From Azolla caroliniana (taxonomy: Eukaryota > Plantae > Polypodiophyta): a DNA stretch of 12,637 bases. The notes under the pieces were generated by a model. The model ran no database searches. It had not been told where the DNA came from and saw only the letters and a list, made by a program, of their open reading frames with translations. The stretch spans positions 1 to 12,637 of the forward strand of contig JBHGNT010001048.1 in the NCBI GenBank assembly GCA_043228905.1, read 5' to 3'. The translations under genes and the position numbers were made by a program. Shown here one piece after another: positions 8,561 through 12,637 of the stretch (position 1 is its first letter; every line of letters begins with the position of its first letter).

Positions 8561-10186
8561 ACTTTTAAGATGTCAACACTTATTTTGATTCAAGGATATG
8601 AAGAAACAAGGTTTTATATGAGTTTTACGATGTGATGAGTTGTCCATTGTTTATGAATGTATTTTGATGAATCATGAATTAACAACAAAAGCATAAATAT
8701 TTCTATAATACCTTGTCCTTGAAAACATAAATTTTCACAGGTAGGCTTTAAAAAACAATTAGAATATGATTAAAGAGCTAATTAGTCCATGGTTTGTCCC
8801 ACATATTCTTTAAAGGAATATTCCCCATCCCATCCTAGAAAAGGAGATAGATTACTCAAAACTTGAGTTTATACATAACTATCGGCGTCCCTATTCACAA
8901 TCAACAAAAGCCTGAGATGCATGGCCATGATGCGCAAACATTAATGCATCACTTCAGATCAACTCTTAAATTGCAATGGTTGTCTTAAAACTAGGGAAAA
9001 AAAAAACTAGGAAAAAACATTTGAAACGCTATGAGCAAGAGAACATGAAATATTTGAAAAAGGATTTTGAATCTCGTCAAAATGCTCCTATTTTGTTGTG
9101 CCTTCCATGGAAGTATTGTACTTATTGTCAATATAATGGTGAATGGAAATTGGAACACCAATACAAAAAGCCTCCTTGTATACGTTGTTGGAACTGGCAC
9201 TTTCTTGCCTATTTATTGCATGTCGGGATAGTTCTCGAACATTCTAAATTCAATGGCCACTTTCATGTCTATCTACCCAGGAATAATTTCATGTCTCCTT
9301 CCAAAGCAATGTATGTGAGATGGCATGTTGGCCAATAAATGGACTCCCTTACCCAAAAAGAACTCACAAAACCTAAAGTCTCTTATGTATCTATACCATA
9401 CCTAACTTATTAAAAATGGCAGTGTCAATATCTATTAGGAGATGTGGAATCCAAACTTCTACATAAAATGGCCACTAATTGCAATAGTATATTCCATGCC
9501 ATCATTGACATGAGAGTTTCCCCAAAACTAGTAGACATAAAATTCATAGAGAATAAAAGTTACTCGACCCCATCATGTGCCATTCGTCTTACATGCTTCC
9601 TTCAATCATTATCTATATGATAATACAAACAAGCGTTCCACATGCCATAAAAACAATGTTATGGTTGTGAGTGAGATACAACATTATGCTACAAAAGTCT
9701 TAGACAATCATTTAAGCACATGATGTACTAGTTATAAAGTCAAAACAATTATGAGTTTGCATTGCTTTGAAACTATGTGATATCATATTGCAAAACCTTA
9801 TTGCAAGCTGAGGAGATGTAGAGATAGCAAGTTTAAGGTCAAAGAACGGGAGTTGCAAAATCACATTTATATTTCATATGCCACTTATAAAGTCAACTAC
9901 GACATCTTAATCCCACTTAGGGTTCATGATTTGGCCCTCGTTTTATCCACAATGGCCTTATAATGTCACCCCAAGTCATGAATCAAAGTGACATTAAAAA
10001 CTTTATTCTCCACCTTGTGGCCTCTCCACCACCATTCACAATGTTGATATCTCTGTATCCATGATGATCATATAATCCTAGCCCTTGTCATCAATCAAAG
10101 CAACACCACACATTAAAGACATCTTTCTCCATCCATTTCTCCTGATCCCTTGGTGGACTCTTTCAATCCCATAAAGATTTGCAATC

Positions 10187-10545
10187 TCCACTAAGAAAAA
10201 ACATTTTGGTGAAGTTCCCATTGTTGTTTATGATTGTTCAACATTGACTACAACATTATGACTCTTTAACACTGTTGTGGCATTCACATTTTTCAGTATA
10301 CATATCTTTAACAAACAATACTTGCCTGGAAGGCCTGGTTTACTTCAAAATGTCCACTAAGAAAAACTTGGCGGTATTAAAGTTTCCATTGTTGTTTATG
10401 ACTATACGAGGATAACAACATTATGACTCTTTAACACTGTTGTAACATTCACAAATTTTCACAATAGATTGTCTCATATCATCCACGACATGGCAACTAA
10501 CAAATCTTTAATAGACAATACTTGCCCAGAAGACCAGGTTTACTT
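10187..10545. repeat. Tandem duplication, two copies (10187-10352 and 10353-10545)
   Basis: Both copies start TCCACTAAGAAAAA and share CCATTGTTGTTTATGA, ACAACATTATGACTCTTTAACACTGTTGT and ACAATACTTGCC...GGTTTACTT. Copy 2 has ~35 extra bases. Confidence 0.92.
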
Positions 10546-11202
10546 GACAGTCAAAAACCTAACTTATTTTTATGTTTGAAATAAGTATCAGAAGATTCCC
10601 ATATAATTAATTTACACTTGTTTGCCTGTATAATTAGTATACAATTCAGATGCCAAAAAATACATGTTTTTCTGTGACATAGATTTCGCAGTATTTTCGC
10701 TGACATGATTGAAGAGTTGTTCCTCTATAACAGAAGGGCAATCTGCATACAAAAACCCCGCAATTCCACTCAATCCTATTCTTTACTCTCTGCTGGGATA
10801 AAAAGCTTTACATAGTTCTATATAATACGCATTCTTAACCCATCCTGCAAGGATATATTAGTAGCGGTTAACACAACTATAGAAAGCTCTCATGTATACA
10901 TCATGGTGTTTAGGATGTTAAATAAATTTTGTGCAAGAAACCAATGTCAGACTCCTCTCCATTCTATTAACAAATGTTTAAATGTCTGTACGAGCTTGAA
11001 ATAGATCAGTCTCCAATTACTCAAAACAGATTGCAAAATGAACAACATGGCCAGAACGCATACCAAGAAGAGTGTCAACCGATTCGCTCATTCATAGCAT
11101 AATCAATCATTGAAACCCAATTTAGAATGAACTTGCATGTAACATCCCAAGTGATGGGAAGAAGTTTGCATACAAAGATCATTTTTGTTTTGTAATGAAT
11201 CA

Positions 11203-11243
11203 CTATTCGAACTCCTTGAGTATTAGATTTACAAGGAGTGGTA
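11203..11243 (-). CDS. SIZ1: Candidate short terminal coding exon of the SIZ1-like gene (VPLLVNLILKEFE-stop) after a 94-nt intron at 11244-11337
   Basis: Donor G/GTAATG at 11338/11337, T-rich intron body, CTGAT branch-like motif and acceptor TTGCAG at 11249-11244. Phase-1 joining reaches TAG at 11205-11203. Confidence 0.45.
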
Positions 11244-11278
11244 CTGCAATCTCAATGGAAAAAACTGAATTTTATCAG

Positions 11279-12481
11279 TTAAAACCCCTGAAAGCTGTAG
11301 GAAAAAAATTGTCGAGCAAAAAACTGGAAAACATTACCACTATCAAGTCTTTCCTCAACAGTAGGACAGGGAAGAGATCTTGAATTAGAATAATCATTGA
11401 TTATCCTTTCATTATTTCCCGAGCTTAAAGGGAACAAGCCAGTCTGAGCATCATTTCTTGGTGTTGGCATTATGTCTTTCTGACTGCCATGTTGAACCAA
11501 ACCTTTCTTACATAGTTGGCCTGAAGATGAGGAAAGGCATAGAGAAGGAACCTGTACATGGGTTAATACTGTCCTATTTTCCATGGTTTCACTATGTTCA
11601 GATAGCATATCATGGTCAATGGCATCTCCACCTTGTTTATCAGTTGATGATATTTCAACTTCACTCTGGCTTACTTCGCCAGAGACAAGATTCACATTGC
11701 AACTATCAGTACATTCAGCAGATATTACCATAGCTTCCGAGGGCATACTAGGTCTTTCCATAGCAAAAGCAATTACTGGCAAATTCAATCCATTTGGATT
11801 GCCCTCAGCATATGCCGTCATAGTATTTCCTTGTGATTGTTCCACCACCAAGATTGAGTTATCTGTTTCATAAAACTTTTCTTCCTCTGCTTGAGCTACA
11901 GATTGTAACATCTCCAAGCTCGATGGATTTTTCTCTTCTGAACCTATATCTTCTTCATCTGAGTCACTAAGGACAATGACATCTATATCATCTATTTCTG
12001 TATCTGAATCTTCGATTGTGAGGCTCATAGGTATAACTGAATTTACTTCATCATCAGTTGTACCACATGTTAGAAGCAATCCTTCCAGTTCTTGACAATT
12101 TTCTTTTTCATTCATATTGCTGCTAAAATTGTAGACCCCACTTCCCAACTTTGATGAATCACTCTCATGGCTAGCACTTTTAGATGTTGAATTTGGATGA
12201 TAATGCACTTCAGTTTGTTTCACTTTCCATCTACCATCTCGTCCTCTCTTTATTCCAATTTTAAGTGGAGAATTACTTTCAACTGTCTGAATTTCCTCTA
12301 ACTTAATGGTTTCTATAATCTCTTCTCTATTTATGTGGGTTGCATACATGCTTTTTAAACCAGATGAGCCATCAGGTGAGCGCCAGGGCTCCTTAAGTCT
12401 AGCTTCACCACCTAATTTAGGTCTCCAATGGCCATCTGGTTTCATCTCAACTTCAGTCACTTCTTCACCATAAGTTTTCAT
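11279..12481 (-). CDS. SIZ1: E3 SUMO-protein ligase SIZ1-like, large exon after the SP-RING domain (internal exon; probably spliced at 11338)
   Basis: MKTYGEEVTEVEMKPDGHWRPK, PWRSPDGS, LKIGIKRGRDGRWKV, VIPMS and VIVLSDSDEE match plant SIZ1 motifs as I recall them (EVTEIEVKPDGSWR, LKLGIRKNRNGxWEV, VIVLSDSD). The ATG is directly preceded by an intron acceptor CAG, so it is not the true start. Confidence 0.92.
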   Translation of the reverse strand: MKTYGEEVTEVEMKPDGHWRPKLGGEARLKEPWRSPDGSSGLKSMYATHINREEIIETIKLEEIQTVESNSPLKIGIKRGRDGRWKVKQTEVHYHPNSTSKSASHESDSSKLGSGVYNFSSNMNEKENCQELEGLLLTCGTTDDEVNSVIPMSLTIEDSDTEIDDIDVIVLSDSDEEDIGSEEKNPSSLEMLQSVAQAEEEKFYETDNSILVVEQSQGNTMTAYAEGNPNGLNLPVIAFAMERPSMPSEAMVISAECTDSCNVNLVSGEVSQSEVEISSTDKQGGDAIDHDMLSEHSETMENRTVLTHVQVPSLCLSSSSGQLCKKGLVQHGSQKDIMPTPRNDAQTGLFPLSSGNNERIINDYSNSRSLPCPTVEERLDSGNVFQFFARQFFSYSFQGF

Positions 12482-12637
12482 CTGATTGCAATTTAAGAAA
12501 ATTCAAACAAACATGTCAGTAGAAAATAAATACCAAGTTATGTGCAGCGGTTAAACACAAATCATGAGGGAAAAACTCTGAAGTATCCCTGGATTTTTGT
12601 TACTTCCTCAGATGCCCCAGAATTTAAACTTTAACTT
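12482..12637 (-). other. SIZ1: 3' part of a SIZ1 intron
   Basis: Minus strand reads TACTGAC (branch consensus, 12521-12515), then a T-rich tract, then TGCAATCAG/ATG. No upstream SP-RING exon is present in the window. Confidence 0.85.

Noticed and set aside
8976-9620. Cys/Trp-rich 120-aa plus-strand ORF, and a faint LINE ORF1-like signal on the minus strand (VEVWIPHL..FNKLG)
   Set aside because: No recognisable domain or gene structure on +. The minus-strand similarity is too weak and stop-ridden to call without a profile search.
11195-11873. Plus-strand ORFs overlapping the SIZ1 exon
   Set aside because: Antisense shadows of the SIZ1 coding exon with no independent support.

Overview
Eukaryotic land-plant nuclear DNA, possibly from a non-flowering lineage such as a fern (inference only). 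Two minus-strand genes bracket about 10.8 kb of transposon debris. Right end: the large post-SP-RING exon of a SIZ1-type SUMO E3 ligase (12481 to ~11338/11279), with a clean upstream splice acceptor and a probable 94-nt final intron. Left end: the 5' part of a gene missing from the ORF track (ATG at 433, open to the window edge), encoding a protein with a signal peptide, poly-Ser and poly-Asp tracts. Between them lie a 33-bp minisatellite (~17 units, palindromic start), a ~62-bp tandem repeat, a decayed Ty1/copia pol split by a solo LTR (5-bp TSD) that itself holds a hAT-like MITE, L1 LINE remnants, a second inverted truncated MITE copy and a ~166-bp tandem duplication. I see no convincing new biological system. 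The best leads are the unannotated secreted protein, the site II-rich minisatellite upstream of it, and the three-tier transposon nest.
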